Source of the DNA: Selaginella moellendorffii
Lineage: Eukaryota > Plantae > Lycopodiophyta
DNA length: 64,000 nucleotides
Reading direction: 5' to 3'
Assembly: GCF_000143415.4 (NCBI RefSeq)
Contig: NW_003314275.1
Location: 1,431,955 to 1,495,954 of the forward strand
Shown here: in pieces, positions 47,272 to 59,759 of the stretch
Layout: the number at the start of each line of letters is the position of its first letter
Numbering within the stretch: the stretch's first letter is position 1
Made by a program: the position numbers and the translations under genes
Notes under the pieces: generated by a model
What the model was told of the DNA's origin: nothing
The model's database searches: none
What the model saw: the letters and a program-made list of their open reading frames with translations, nothing else

Positions 47272-50200
47272 ATGGAGCAGCGGCGCGGATCCGTGATCGA
47301 TATGGCGCGCTCCGTCTCGGCGTCGTGGACGGGAATGCCGCCCCTGTTTCTGCTGCGATCGGAGGATATGTCGCTCGTCCGGATGGTGATTCCAGTAGAA
47401 TCGGCGCACGACACTGTTGCCTACCTCGGGCAGCTCGGCATGCTCCAATTTCGCGATGTGAGTGAACAGATTTCGTTTTCCTCGATCTAGTATTCGATCT
47501 TTTCTTCTTCGCAGTTAAATCCTGGAAAAAGTCCCACTCAACGGATCTACGCAAACCAGGTACTATAGATTTTTTTCTGTGTGTAGAAAGGAGATATTTT
47601 TGGAGCTCATTGAAAGCTCTCCAGGTAAAACGATGCGGTGAAATGGGTCGGCAGCTCAGATATTTCAAGAGTCAAATAGAGAGCGCAGGCATTCTAATAG
47701 CGGCAAGGTCAACGATTGAGAAGGACGTCGATCTGGATGAATTGGAGGTAAGCTTTCCAGCTGCATTTTCTACGACTTTTATCATTCTTGCTGTTTTCAT
47801 GCAGGTGAAACTTTCAGAGTATGAAACTGAGCTCAAGGAAATAGCATCAAACAGCGCGAGGCTATTTCGGAGTCATGCGGAGCTGACAGAGTTTCAACTG
47901 GTTTTGTTGAAGGTAGTAACTTTGCTGGCGCTTTGGAAACAGTTCGTTTCTTATGCTTGTTTCATTTCACAAGGCTGGTAGATTTTTTACCTCCGGACGT
48001 GCAGAGGCAGCATTTGCACAACGGGAGTACGACGATTTCGAGGGGTCTATGGATAGTCCCCTCCTCCTTATAGAGCAAGAGATGCAAACCGATCCGACGA
48101 AAGGGCAGCTTGGATACGTAACTGGATTGATACCCAAACTTAAGACTATACAGTTCGAACGCATTTTGTTCCGAGCAACCAGAGGCAACATGGTCTTCAA
48201 GTCGTCAGTCGTCGAAAGGCCTGTGACCGATCCTGCAACCGGTGAGAAGGTAACGGAAAACTTTTTTCTACTCGGTGTTAAAGATAGTATTCATCTACAG
48301 GTTGAAAAGTCTGTGTTCGTCGTGTTCTTTTCTGGAGAAAGAACACAGGCTAAGATCGTTAAAATCTGCGATGCATTTGGTGCTAGCCGCTATCCTTATC
48401 CCGAGGAGCCTAGTTTACAGAGACAAATGAGATCGGAGGTGTATCCTTTTCCAGTTTTTGGTGTTTGTGAATGTAATGAGGGAGTGTCTTACAGGTCGCA
48501 GGAAGATTGTCTGAGCTGAAGTCCACATTGGATGCGGGTACCAGTCATCGCGATACAGTTTTAGCAGGGATTAGCTACCAACTAGACTTTTGGATTTTGA
48601 TGGTGAGGTTCGTCCATCTCAATTTGCTTCTCTAATTCGTTTTCTGTGGTAGGTTCAAAGAGAGAAGGCTGTGTATCATATCATGAATAAGTTTAACATG
48701 GACGTTACTAGAAAGTGTTTAGTAGCTGAAGCATGGTGTCCAACCGAGAATAAAACTCAGGTATGTTGAACTTGTGGGCTTTATAAGCTGACTTTATATG
48801 TGAAAAGCAGGTTCAAGAAGCATTAATGCGCGCAACAGTCGACAGCAACTCACAAGTCGGCACCATTTTTCAGGAGATTAGAACAAAGGATTTACCGCCA
48901 ACATTCTTCAAGACTAACAAAATTACAGGGGCTTTCCAAGGAATCGTCGATGCTTATGGGTAACAGCAAGCTCTTTCTGGCTTTCACGTTTCGTTCTTAC
49001 TGTGTTAACTGTCAGTGTAGGGTGGCGAGATACAAGGAAGCAAATCCTGCTGTGTATACAATAGTTACTTTTCCGTTTCTTTTCGCTGTGATGTTTGGGG
49101 ATTGGGGGCACGGGATTGTTCTTCTCTTGGCAACGCTTTACCTCATTCTGAATGAAGGGAAACTTGGCAGCCAGGTACCTTGACGCTTTGTTTTCATTTA
49201 CTAGTAAAGCTGGGAGAACTTTGAAAGTTTTCACTGCTAGTAAAATTTATCATTCGCATTGATCCCTTCCAGCATGGTGCATACAGAAATTGGGCGACAT
49301 AATGGGAATGGCGTTTGGAGGCAGATATGTGATCTTGCTGATGTCGATCTTCTCGATATATACGGGGTTTATCTACAACGAGTTTTTCTCGGTGCCGTTT
49401 CGAATATTTGGAGAGTCTGCGTACGTTTGCAGGGATCCTTCGTGCAAGTAAGTCTCTATTTGCATTTGGTAAAGGTTTTGTGTTTTTGGATTAACTGAAT
49501 TGTTGCGTAGGGACTCACGTACAGCGGGTTTGATAAAACGACCTGGCTATACATATCCGTTTGGATTCGATCCCGTATGGCATGGCTCTAGATCGGAACT
49601 ACCATTTTTGAACTCCGTGAAGATGAAGATGTCCATTCTTCTCGGTGTTGTGCATATGAACTTGGGTCTGGCTTTGAGCTATTACAACGCCAGCTACTTT
49701 AACGAGCCACTTGATATCTGGTAAGTGTGCCATTCATTTCCATACTGCATTACCGAAACGATCAAGTAACTCAACCTTTCCAGGTATCAGTTTGTTCCGC
49801 AGATCCTGTTCCTTGGCTCCTTATTTGGATACCTGTCGCTGCTTATTATAATCAAGTGGTGCTCTGGTTCCCAAGCGGACTTGTACCACGTGATGATTTA
49901 TATGTTCTTAAGCCCAACGGATGATCTTGGGCCAAACCAGCTTTTTTCTGGACAAACGGAGGTTCAGGTAAGGTTCTTTTTAATTATTTTTCGAGTTTAA
50001 CATCTCTTTTTATTCAAGTGCTTTCTGCTATTAATTGCTGTCGTGGCGGTTCCAACAATGCTTTTGCCGAAGCCATTGGCTTTGAAAAAACGACATGAAG
50101 AGGTATTGCACTCTTTCTTGAGTGATGACTTTACAATATGGTTTTACAGAGAACGCACGGGCGTTCTTATGGCATATTGAATGCTGGCTCGGATGGTGAA

Positions 50201-50732
50201 TCCGTTGACAACGAGCACGACCACCACCACGGCGAGGAAGAATTCGACTTTGGTGAGACCTTCGTCCACCAAATGATAGAAACCATTGAGTTCGTGCTAG
50301 GTGCTGTGTCGAACACAGCTTCCTATCTCCGGCTGTGGGCTCTCAGGTAAACCAACTTTGTTTTCGTTTGTTTCGTGCTCCTGACGTGTTTAGCTTTCCA
50401 CAGCCTCGCTCATGCCCAACTCTCGGCCGTGTTTTACGATAAAGTCTTGATCCTGGCATGGAGGTATGTGGTCTTTCTCCACTTTTTTTGCTTTTATGAA
50501 GCGAACTCTTTTGAATTGATGCAGTTACCACAACACCATGATTCTCATCATCGGTGGCTTCGTCTTCATCTGTGCAACCGTGGGGGTGTTGCTAATCATG
50601 GAGACGCTCAGCGCATTCCTCCATGCGCTTCGTCTTCACTGGGTAGAGTTCCAAGGCAAGTTTTACGGGGGCGATGGCTACCAGTTTGAGCCATTTTCAT
50701 TTGCAACACTCGAAGAAGACGATCAAGGTTGA
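47272..50732 (+). CDS. VHA-a: V-type H+-ATPase subunit a (many exons)
   Basis: [58 protein letters not shown] and [11 protein letters not shown]. Confidence 0.96.
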
Positions 50733-50814
50733 AATCAAACATATCAAACGTTTTTGTAGCTACATTGTTAGATATAGATGGCTATATACATTGTGTAAAT
50801 GCGAACTCTTTCTT

Positions 50815-51558
50815 CTAAGACTGGTTGAGGAACACTGCTGTGTCAAAATCGCTGTCCATTTGCATGTTGTTAGTATCGTTTTGTTGCGCAACAAAGCCTC
50901 CATTGCTATACAAACTTCCACCTCCATTTTCATCTCCATTGCTATACCCATTTCCATCTCCATGTACACGGTGGCTATACAAACCATGGAAGATTTGCTG
51001 GTGGTCATTCCTGGGAGGAAACATCGAATCTAGCTGACCATTCGGGTGATCGTCCAAGTGACCATGATCATTGTGGTGATTCCCTGCGTGACCATTTACA
51101 TAATTGCCTAAGTGACCATTCGCGTGATCGCCCAGGTTTAAGAGCTGGAAGTGATCAGGAAGAACTTCAGCACTGGACGTGAAAAATCCACCACTACTTG
51201 CATCGTCCGTGAAGAACATCCCATCTTGATCTTGGCCTTCAGCTTCTGCAAACATCCTGTCAACTTCATCGTCACCAAAGCTATCCTCGCTGCTGCTGCT
51301 GTTCGAGGCAATCACTGACTCCACCGTGATCTTTGGTGGGAGTTTTTGTGGAGCGCTGGGATCGGACGAGTAGAAGAAGTGCTTCTTACCAGAGTCATAG
51401 ATGACCGTGACTTCCACCTTAGCGCCACACAAGACCTGAAGCTCGATTGCCTTCTTGAACAAACCTTCGGTTCTCTTGCGGAATGTTTGTGTCCGCGGGT
51501 TGTTCTTCACAAGATACTTGATATCAATCTTTCTCCTGCCCATCCCTCTTCTCTGCAT
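50815..51558 (-). CDS. Type I MADS-box transcription factor (intronless)
   Basis: MGRRKIDIKYL...RTQTFRKRTEGLFKKAIELQVLCGAKV; low-complexity His/Asn/Gly C-terminus. Confidence 0.9.
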   Translation of the reverse strand: MQRRGMGRRKIDIKYLVKNNPRTQTFRKRTEGLFKKAIELQVLCGAKVEVTVIYDSGKKHFFYSSDPSAPQKLPPKITVESVIASNSSSSEDSFGDDEVDRMFAEAEGQDQDGMFFTDDASSGGFFTSSAEVLPDHFQLLNLGDHANGHLGNYVNGHAGNHHNDHGHLDDHPNGQLDSMFPPRNDHQQIFHGLYSHRVHGDGNGYSNGDENGGGSLYSNGGFVAQQNDTNNMQMDSDFDTAVFLNQS

Positions 51559-52062
51559 TTACCAACTTTTCTTTTCTTTTTAAAAACCTTATAAGAATAA
51601 GCCGGATATGTCTCTTTTGTTATGTATGGTCAATTATTTTATTTGATTTTATACTGCATTACAAAATCATTAGTTATATTTTTGCCATTCAATATAGCCT
51701 AGGATTTTCATAGCTTTTGGTCTTTGTTGATGGGATTTAGTTGTTTGGTTCCGCAACTACCATCTCTTTCTCCCATGCTAGACAACACTTTGCATTGCTT
51801 GGCAAACAAACTCTTGTTGTTCCACATATAACCAAGGGTCACAGAAGGCATTTATTCATTTCCCTCCTAACAATTTCAAACACTTTTTAACTCTTTTTTC
51901 AAAGTTTTTAAATTCATTGTTTTCTTGATAGCTTCGTCCACCATGGCCATCTCAGCTGTGACCAACGCAAAACTTAGTCGGGAAGTCGACCAATTAACAT
52001 TATTATGATTTAAAGTAAATGTTAACCTTATTTCGGGTTGGTTAGGGTTCTTAGCTACAGCA

Positions 52063-53448
52063 ATGGGGGATTACGAGGAAAAGGCCCAGGAATACGAGAA
52101 GAAGGCCGAGAAGAAGCTCAAGGGCTGGAATCTCTTGGGTGGCAAGTATGACGACGCTGCCGAGTATCTGGAGAAGGCCGCCAATAACTACAAGCTTGCC
52201 AAATCATGTAAGAAGTTTTTTTTGTTCTTCTTGTCACTGTGATTCCTCGATCAGGGGATAGAGGAGCCGAATGCTACCTCAGGCTTGCAGAAGTTAGCAT
52301 GAAGGTAGAATAAAGTTTAAGTTCGTTCCAGGGAGCTGCGATAAAAGATAAGTTTTTTTTTGAACTAGATGGAGAGCAAGCCCGAAGCAGCACAATCTTA
52401 TGTGGAAGCTGCGAAATGCTACATGAAGAAAAGACCAAAAGGTAACCTCAGAAAAAAAAAGAGGAAGAAGAGCATGTCGTTTTTTTTTCTTGAGAGCTTC
52501 TTGCGTTAACTTAGAGGCCGTGAAGATGCTCAATATGGCAACCAAGCTTTTCATGGAGCTTGGAAGATTGTCCGTGGCGGCCAAGCATTTCAAGGTTAAT
52601 CGCTGACATTCTTCTCATGAGAACGTAAGGAAAGAGCTCGGGTTTGATCTTCTCTATTGACACTGGCCTTGTAAAAACTTTAAAAACCAGGACATTGCGG
52701 AGATATATGAGAAGCAAGAGGATTTGGAGTTTGCAGTCCAATTTTACGAGAGAGCAGCGGATTTATACCAGGGCGAGGAGGTGAACACCACAAGCAACCA
52801 ATGCAAATTGAGAATTGCAGAGCTCTCAGCTCAACTGGAGCAGTAAGAACTTCACAAAATTTCTTTTATCGTTTCTTTGCTCCCTCTAACTATGTCTCTT
52901 TCAGATATCCAAGAGCTATCGAAATCTTTGAGGCCATTGCCAAAAGCTCCATGGATAACAATTTGACAAAGTACAGCGTCAAAGGCTACTTGCTCAATGC
53001 GGGGCTGTGTCAAATGTGTGGTGCTGACCCGATTGCCGTGAGCAATGCTCTCGAGAGATACCAGGTATGTATGTTCATTTAATCCTTCTCTCATTTCGCC
53101 ATGGAACACAACGTTCCTTCGATATCCAGGACTTGGATCCAACGTTTCAAGACACACGGGAGTGCAAGTTCCTCAAGGTTTGTGAAGATTCAACGAATCC
53201 TCCATAGCTTTTTTTTTGTTGGATTATTTGCAGGAGCTGGCCGAGACGATCGAGCAAGAAGATGCGACCAAGTTCACGGACGCTGTCAAGGAGTATGACA
53301 GCATTAGCCGGCTGGTAAGAGCTCTCTCTCTCTCTCTCTCTCTCTCATATTTTGTGCCATATCATAGGATCCATGGAAAACAACGATGCTCTTACGTGCA
53401 AAGAAAGCGTTGAAAGCAAAAGAGGAAGAGGAAGAAGAGTTAACATAG
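52063..53448 (+). CDS. ASNAP: Alpha-soluble NSF attachment protein (multi-exon)
   Basis: [40 protein letters not shown] and [17 protein letters not shown]. Confidence 0.95.
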
Positions 53449-54268
53449 AACTATTTTCCTTGTTAAACAGTTAGGACTTTTTAGCCCTAATACTTGCTCC
53501 AAAGCCAAGGCGCACATTCAGCAAGATATACCAACCTGCGCCTTCATCTTGCAGCTTCGCATTGTCAATAGTAGTAGAAGAAGTTCTTTTCTCCTGTGTT
53601 GATGTTAACAAGTCGCAATTTGAATACTGTACAATTGGTGGTCCATGACATTGATGATATGGACAACACAACAAATGTTTCATGGTCAACATCACAACTA
53701 GTGGAAGAACGGAATTGGACCTATTCCTCACCGTTTAAAGTGGCTGCCTTATAAGTACCCTGATGCTTGCGGGGTTCCACAAAGGTTGAATGCCTGGAGC
53801 TATGTACGTGCCGACAGGGAGTTTGAGATGCACGACAAGAACAAAGACAGCCTCATATCTCTTCTTTACCGAGGCTCTCAGTAAGTGCTTGCTGTCTTTG
53901 CGGACGATGCAAGTAGTGGTGACAGCATTTTCAGCATAGATCATTTTAGCAAATTGCTTCACCTAGGCTTTGAAAACTAGTCTCGTATGCCTCTAAAACT
54001 GGGTGGTGTAAAACTCGTGCAATCGGGGGGGGGGGGGCTGGCTCTGGCGAACTTGATGCACGTCAATTGGAGAGCTAGTGGGCAGAATGCGTTAGGTTTT
54101 ACCATCCTCAAAACTTGGAAGGCAACAGAGAACTCTGGCGTTAGACCCTAAGCCCTAGGGCTCGGAAATCTGCACCGTTGGATTTTAATCACTTGAAATT
54201 CCGAGCTTCGGTGAGCTAGGGTTTTGGTCTGACGCAGATCTAAGGGGGTTTATAGGGTTTTAGCAGCG

Positions 54269-55360
54269 ATGGAGTGGGTATCTGGAGGTCCAGGGAGCCG
54301 AGGGCGATGGAGCTCGGCCACAGTGTGGAGCATTTCATCACTCGCAGGCGCTCTTCGCGGCTGCGGTCGGGCAACACATCACTGGTGAGATTTCCGAGGT
54401 GAATTCTCCGAATTGACGCGAGGACTTCGCGTGATCCGGAAATTTCAGTAAGAATGTGAGAGGGTTGGCTGATGGTGGTGAATTTTCTTGCAGAGTTCGA
54501 TGCTCTCACGGGCTGTAAGCTCTCAATATGAGCTTCAATATTGGAGCTTCCGTCGTGCGTATGGCATATAGTCCTGCTGGCGGGCATGTAATTGTCGCAG
54601 TTCTAGAGGTATGATACAGCTCTTGGCATAGATCTTTTGCATGAATTGGATTCTTTTTTTTTTCCTCCCAGGATTGGAGCATTGAGTTGTGGGTGGGATC
54701 TAGATACCGAGCACACGCATTTTCTTTATTCTCCAGCCAAGAAAACAGACAGGATCCCAGAAAAGATGGACATATACATTACTCTGGCACCACTTCGACC
54801 GTGGCTGTTCTTTGGAACGTATGTAGTCTTTGTCTTGTATCAAGATAAACTTTTGATGCGTCACGTTTGATTGTAGTTGTTTACCTGTTTGCTTCTGGAT
54901 GCTAAATGTTCATTAAACTTGGCAGCACTCCAGAGGGATCAAATCCAGTATCAGCTCTTCCCTGGCATTCTATGTTGCGGTTACTTGTGACTCTTTCAAA
55001 GGATGCCGTGGTGCAGGTGTGGAGGATGCGTGCGAACTTCTTCAAGTCTGCAAGTAACATAATACTGGTTATTCAATATACGGGTAGGCGTTGAAAGTTT
55101 GGATGTTGCTAAGGTTCTGGCTCAATGTAGTGGTGACACTACATACCCTGTCCCGAGGATCACTGATTTTCCGAAGCTGAATAGCAACAATATTGTTTAC
55201 GGTACGCTATATAATGGATTTCTTATGTGAAGCCGAATTTTCTTATAATAGAGCAACAGTAGGGAAGAGGAAGCGAAAAGAAGAGCATCAGCTCTGTCGG
55301 GAAGCAGTTATCTCTGTGCTACAGAGTGGGGCTCTCCAGGTTGGATTTAGCATTTGTAGG
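54269..55360 (+). pseudogene. Truncated, frameshifted fragment of a TPLATE-complex WD40 gene (TWD40-2-like)
   Basis: MEW start, AFHHSQALFAAAVG, EFDALTGCKL, LYSPAKK...LAPLRPWLFFG, LRLLVTLSKD and YPVPRI; stops, deletions and introns present. Confidence 0.75.
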
Positions 55361-55379
55361 CATCCAGTAAAGCTCTTGA

Positions 55380-57665
55380 CCTCCTCCTGGTCAGTTGCGA
55401 GAGAAGCGGATTTGCTCGAGTGCTCGACTTGCCAAGTATGCGTCCACTCCTAGCTTATCTTCCGGGGTGATTTGTTTCCCTCCTGGACATCGTTTTGGCT
55501 ATCTCATTGCCTGCCAGGCGATGGCTTCTCCTTCTCTGTCTGGATCAGAAGCTAGAACCATCCCCTGTCCCTTGAGTGCTGTTTTGATCGGCTGGCGAGT
55601 ACTTCCAACACCTCACATTTCTGGCCTTCAACCCTCCAGCTTGCAGCTCCTGTGTATGCATAATATGCGTCTTCGCAATTGACAACTTCCACCTGAGCGA
55701 GAGAAGAGAAGCGTTGTTTTTTCTCCCTGTGCGAATGGAAAACATCTAACGAGGAAGATCTTACCTGTGATGTCAGTAGCTTAGCAATGCCGTCATCCTT
55801 GGAGGCGGCCATTGCTTGGAGTGCAGTACGTCGTCCTCCCGTCAAAGGTTTCCTCCTATCAGCTTTGCCATCGTTGCTGACTGCAAGACTTTGTTAACTT
55901 CCACCTGGAGCTGTGCATGCAAACGAGTGACACAAGTGTTGATTCCCAAGCAGCGTTTCTCACCTCTAGAAGTGATCGCACCTTCGTGAAAACGCACAGA
56001 AATCATCTGCCATCACGGTGTCTAGTTTTGGCCACCACGCCTCAAACACGCTCTCGGCTTTGGAGCCCGTCTGGTAGAGCTGCGTCCTTTGCCAGGTGTG
56101 GAACAACGTCTGGCAGTTTCTTCTTTTAGAGCTATCATAGCCCCCCTGCAGGAAAACTGATCAGAAACGACGGAAGATCCAAACGAAACAAGCTTGCTCA
56201 CCCCAGGTATAATCTGTCCTTTGAAATGTCCAGATAGAAGTTGGACAGATCAAGCACCGCATACCGTTGCACCAACTGCATTCAAGTGGAGACACACAGA
56301 GTTAATAACTTGAACGGAAAGCTTGTATAGCAACCTGGAAGAATTTTCCAAACTGGTACTCGTCTAGGCTGTCCTTGAGGGTATCCATTACGCTTGCGAG
56401 CTGGAAGAGAGCGTACTTATCTATCATCATACTCGACCTGTGCTAACTTGAGCTTGGTCTCGTATGTCACCATAGCTCACCACGTAGTTCTGTTCTAGGT
56501 ACTTCTCTATTGTTTTGGCCTTGGCAGGAGACTCCACCACGGCCACCACCTTTCCCATGAGAGCAGCCTGTTTTCTTGTTCTATCTTCTCTTTGGAAGAA
56601 TTGATGGCAGTTGCAGCATTACTTCAGCCTTTTTCTTGTGTCTCCAGGATTTTGCTCAGCCTCGGATGTCTGCTGGCTTTTGGTTTTGACATCCACTCCT
56701 TTCCTTCCAAACTGGTGCTTGATCAGCCGCTAGCATCTCAAACCAAAGCTGGATCTCAAGTGCATATCTGGAGGGCAGTCAGACGGAACAAGAAACGAGC
56801 AAAATATACTCGTTGATCGTTTGTGATCCATTGAAGGATAAATCTCTTGGAGTAAAGCTTGAGGATAATTGATCTCAAGGTATTGAAGGCCCTCCAAGTA
56901 GTATCACAATGTCATGGGAACGGAATGGAGTTCATCAAAGGAATCCCACCAAACATTTTCAAAACCGATATTACATTTAGAAGAACTTACTTGGTGGTGG
57001 AAATCTCCAGCAGCCTTTAAAAACTACGTCGCACGGAAGATGAGCTGCTTTGCATTATTGGAAACGTATGTTCATCGTCTTGCTTGAGCATGCCTGAGGA
57101 GAATCAGAGGAGAAAAACAGTCCAACATGTAAAGAAAAGAAAAATTGCAAAAGCACACACCTTCTGCAATCCTGCTGTGCCCAAAGGTAGAGCAAGTTGT
57201 GGAGCTCTTCCGTGAGTCACCTGTCCCTCACCAGTTTCCCTGCTTCGAAGTTCTCGGCACCGATGCAACCTTCAATGTGAGAACGTCCATCGCTCGTCAT
57301 GTTTTGTAATCACCTGATTCATCTGTGATCTTTTGAGAACTCCCAAGTATATGAACACTAGGTCGATCCAGTTCTTGCATTCTGGAGCTGCAACTTTCGT
57401 TGCTTTCCATTTTCTTTCATTCCTGCTTTGCGGCATTGGTAGTGTCATCACAGTGCCTTCTGCTTGGATCTGGCATTTTTTTTATATTTCTCTGGTATAG
57501 GTCTCCCCCTAGAGATTCGTCACATTCTTAGCCTCATTTTCTACTCCTAGCAGAAGAATAAGCACGTTTTTGCCATCGCTCCTGGCCCGAAAATCCCACA
57601 CAATATCCAACCTGAGCCAATGGAAGCCAGAAATGTTGCCAAGGACGAGCTTGAGAGCTCCCATT
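55380..57665 (-). pseudogene. Organellar-type DNA topoisomerase IA pseudogene, copy A (N-terminus and TOPRIM, interrupted by IleRS fragment)
   Basis: VVESPAKAKTIEKYL...SYGDIRD at ~56460-56555; VLASDPDREGEAIAW at ~55510-55562; VDAYLASRAL at ~55420-55450; 5' region shares sequence with 61590-61870. Confidence 0.8.
55580..56430 (-). pseudogene. Isoleucyl-tRNA synthetase (organellar type) 3' fragment with introns
   Basis: IDKYALFQLA, YAVLDLSNFYLDISKDRLY, RRNCQT, EVNKVLQ..AKLIG, SQVEV and a degenerate KCxRCW zinc finger. Confidence 0.8.
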
Positions 57666-57687
57666 CTACTCGTTACTAGTCGATGAT

Positions 57688-59449
57688 TTGGATTTGATGC
57701 GGAGTTTTACCAATTCACCCAAACTTGGAGGAATCACTCCTGTCAATTGGTTAGATGACAGATCAAGGAAGGCATTTGATGGATCTAAATATCAAAATTG
57801 TAGTTCTCTTCCTTTGACCATAAGCATTAATGGTGACCGAACCATAATTAATCTTTCCTGGTCATATCTTAATATTCCTGTCCATTGAAGAATATCATCA
57901 TCATGTTTAAATGCATCTAATTGGTTTATAGACCCTGAAAGACATCCTTCAAACTTGTTGCGGGAAAGGTCAAGGATGCGAAGGTGGGTCATATTCCACA
58001 ACCAATTAGGTATTGGTCCATGGAATCTGTTTCCACCAATGCTTAGCACTGTGATATCTTTGAAATGTGAAAGAAATGAAGGAATTTTCCCAGAAAAATT
58101 GTTATCACTGATGATGATGTACTTTATTTCTTGTGATAGACTTTTTGGTAGCTCACCTTCAAATTTGTTATGTGAGAGTGAAACAAATCGAAGACTTGTC
58201 ATGTTTTTTAACACATCTGCTGCAAGCTTTCCACTCAAAGAGTTGAAAAAGAAATAGATTAGTGCAGTTCTTGAGCCAATTTGGTAGACCCCCAACTAAT
58301 CTGTTACCGCTCACATCCAAGGCTTCCAAATTACATGAAGATCCAGGACTAATTCTTGGTATTTCCCCAGTGAGCATGTTTTTTGACAATTCTAGAATTT
58401 GCAGGTCCCTTGAAATGGGTGGCATATGTCCGTTGAATTTGTTCTGTGATAGATCTAAAATTTTAATTGAAGTTGTTGTCAAGAAATTTGTTAAGGTGCC
58501 ATTTAAGCTGTTGTTATGCAAGTCAAGATGTTCCAGATTCGATAGATTCGATGTATAGCACCAGTCAAAAAGTTGTTACCCAAATAAAGGAAACGTAAAT
58601 TTGATATATGCCCCAAGGTCGTTGGTATATTACCTGTGAACCTGTTATTGCGGCTCGTTAGTCCTCCCATTTGTCCTAAGCTGACTGGTATGCTGCCACA
58701 GAACCAGTTGCACTTGAGATTTAAACTCTGGAGATTACTTGAATATGATGGAATATCACCTGATAGAAAGTTGTTGGACAAATCCAGAACTCTAAATAGA
58801 ACACCAAGTTGTGGTGGTAATGAGCCTGTCAAGGAGCAATGGCTTAGAGTAAGCTTCTCCAAATGAGTCAAGTTCCATATTTCTTTTGGGATAGTACCAT
58901 TCAAACCACTCAAAGACAAAAATTTGAGAAGAGGTAGAAGCGTGAGTGACAATGGTATAAAACCTTTAATAATGTTATCAGTGTCAGTGTCGATGTATAT
59001 CTCCTCCAAATTTCAACGTGACGTAGGGTTTTTAGCTGCCCAATTGACCTGGGTATTCCTCCAATAGCAATGTCAGCCAAAATAAATTCAAGCGATGAGA
59101 AATTGCCAATAAATTCTGGAATTTCGGTTGACAAATGCAATTCTTTCAGTTTCTTCAGCATTCCAAACTCTTTTGGTAGAGGGCCAATCAGCTTATTCAT
59201 AGAGAGGTCAAGCACCTCCAGATTTTTCAACCTGGATACTTCCGGCTTGATTATTCCTTCCAGATTGAGATGGAGCAAATTGAGCATTATAACGTGACCA
59301 GTAACCTCACTGCAGGTCACTCCTTCACTGTGATTTGATAAACCTCCTTTAAACGCAAGCAAAGCCTGGAGCTCATACATTTCCCATGCCTGTATACAAG
59401 CTGAAATGCAGAGCATTACATAAGCACCAAGAACAAGAGCCCCTCCCAT
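57688..59449 (-). pseudogene. LRR receptor-like protein pseudogene
   Basis: Signal peptide, LRRNT remnant and plant LRRs (LDLSxNxLxGxIP) spread across 4 or more frames; no TM or kinase. Confidence 0.88.
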
Positions 59450-59759
59450 GCCTGCAATGAACTAAATCTCTTCTCTCTTCTTTTCCCCAAAGCTCTGCTC
59501 GAAATGCTTTCCATTTTATGTCGAGCAACCTTGGCGTGTCAAAAACGCATGGGCAGGAAAGTGCTCGTGCAGTCTTCGTCTAGCGGCAGTCTTCGTGGTC
59601 GAAAATCCATGCTCGTGAGGAACAAAGCCCACTTGGATATAGGGATAGGACTTTCAAACTATTGTGAAAAAACTGGCTTTGGAAACATTAGTGATTCGCA
59701 AAGCCATTTGTTTTACATCATGTGAGAGGAGGAAGAAAAAAATGACGTTCTCTCAGGTG

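Noticed and set aside
48441-48450. GTATCCTTTT, a U12-type donor consensus in VHA-a
   Set aside because: Only the U2 donor two bases upstream (GAG|GTGTAT) with the TACAG acceptor keeps the frame (E-V-A-G-R-L).
53471-54040. Short minus-strand ORFs and a G-run after alpha-SNAP as a transposase relic
   Set aside because: No recognisable motif; cannot be supported without a search.
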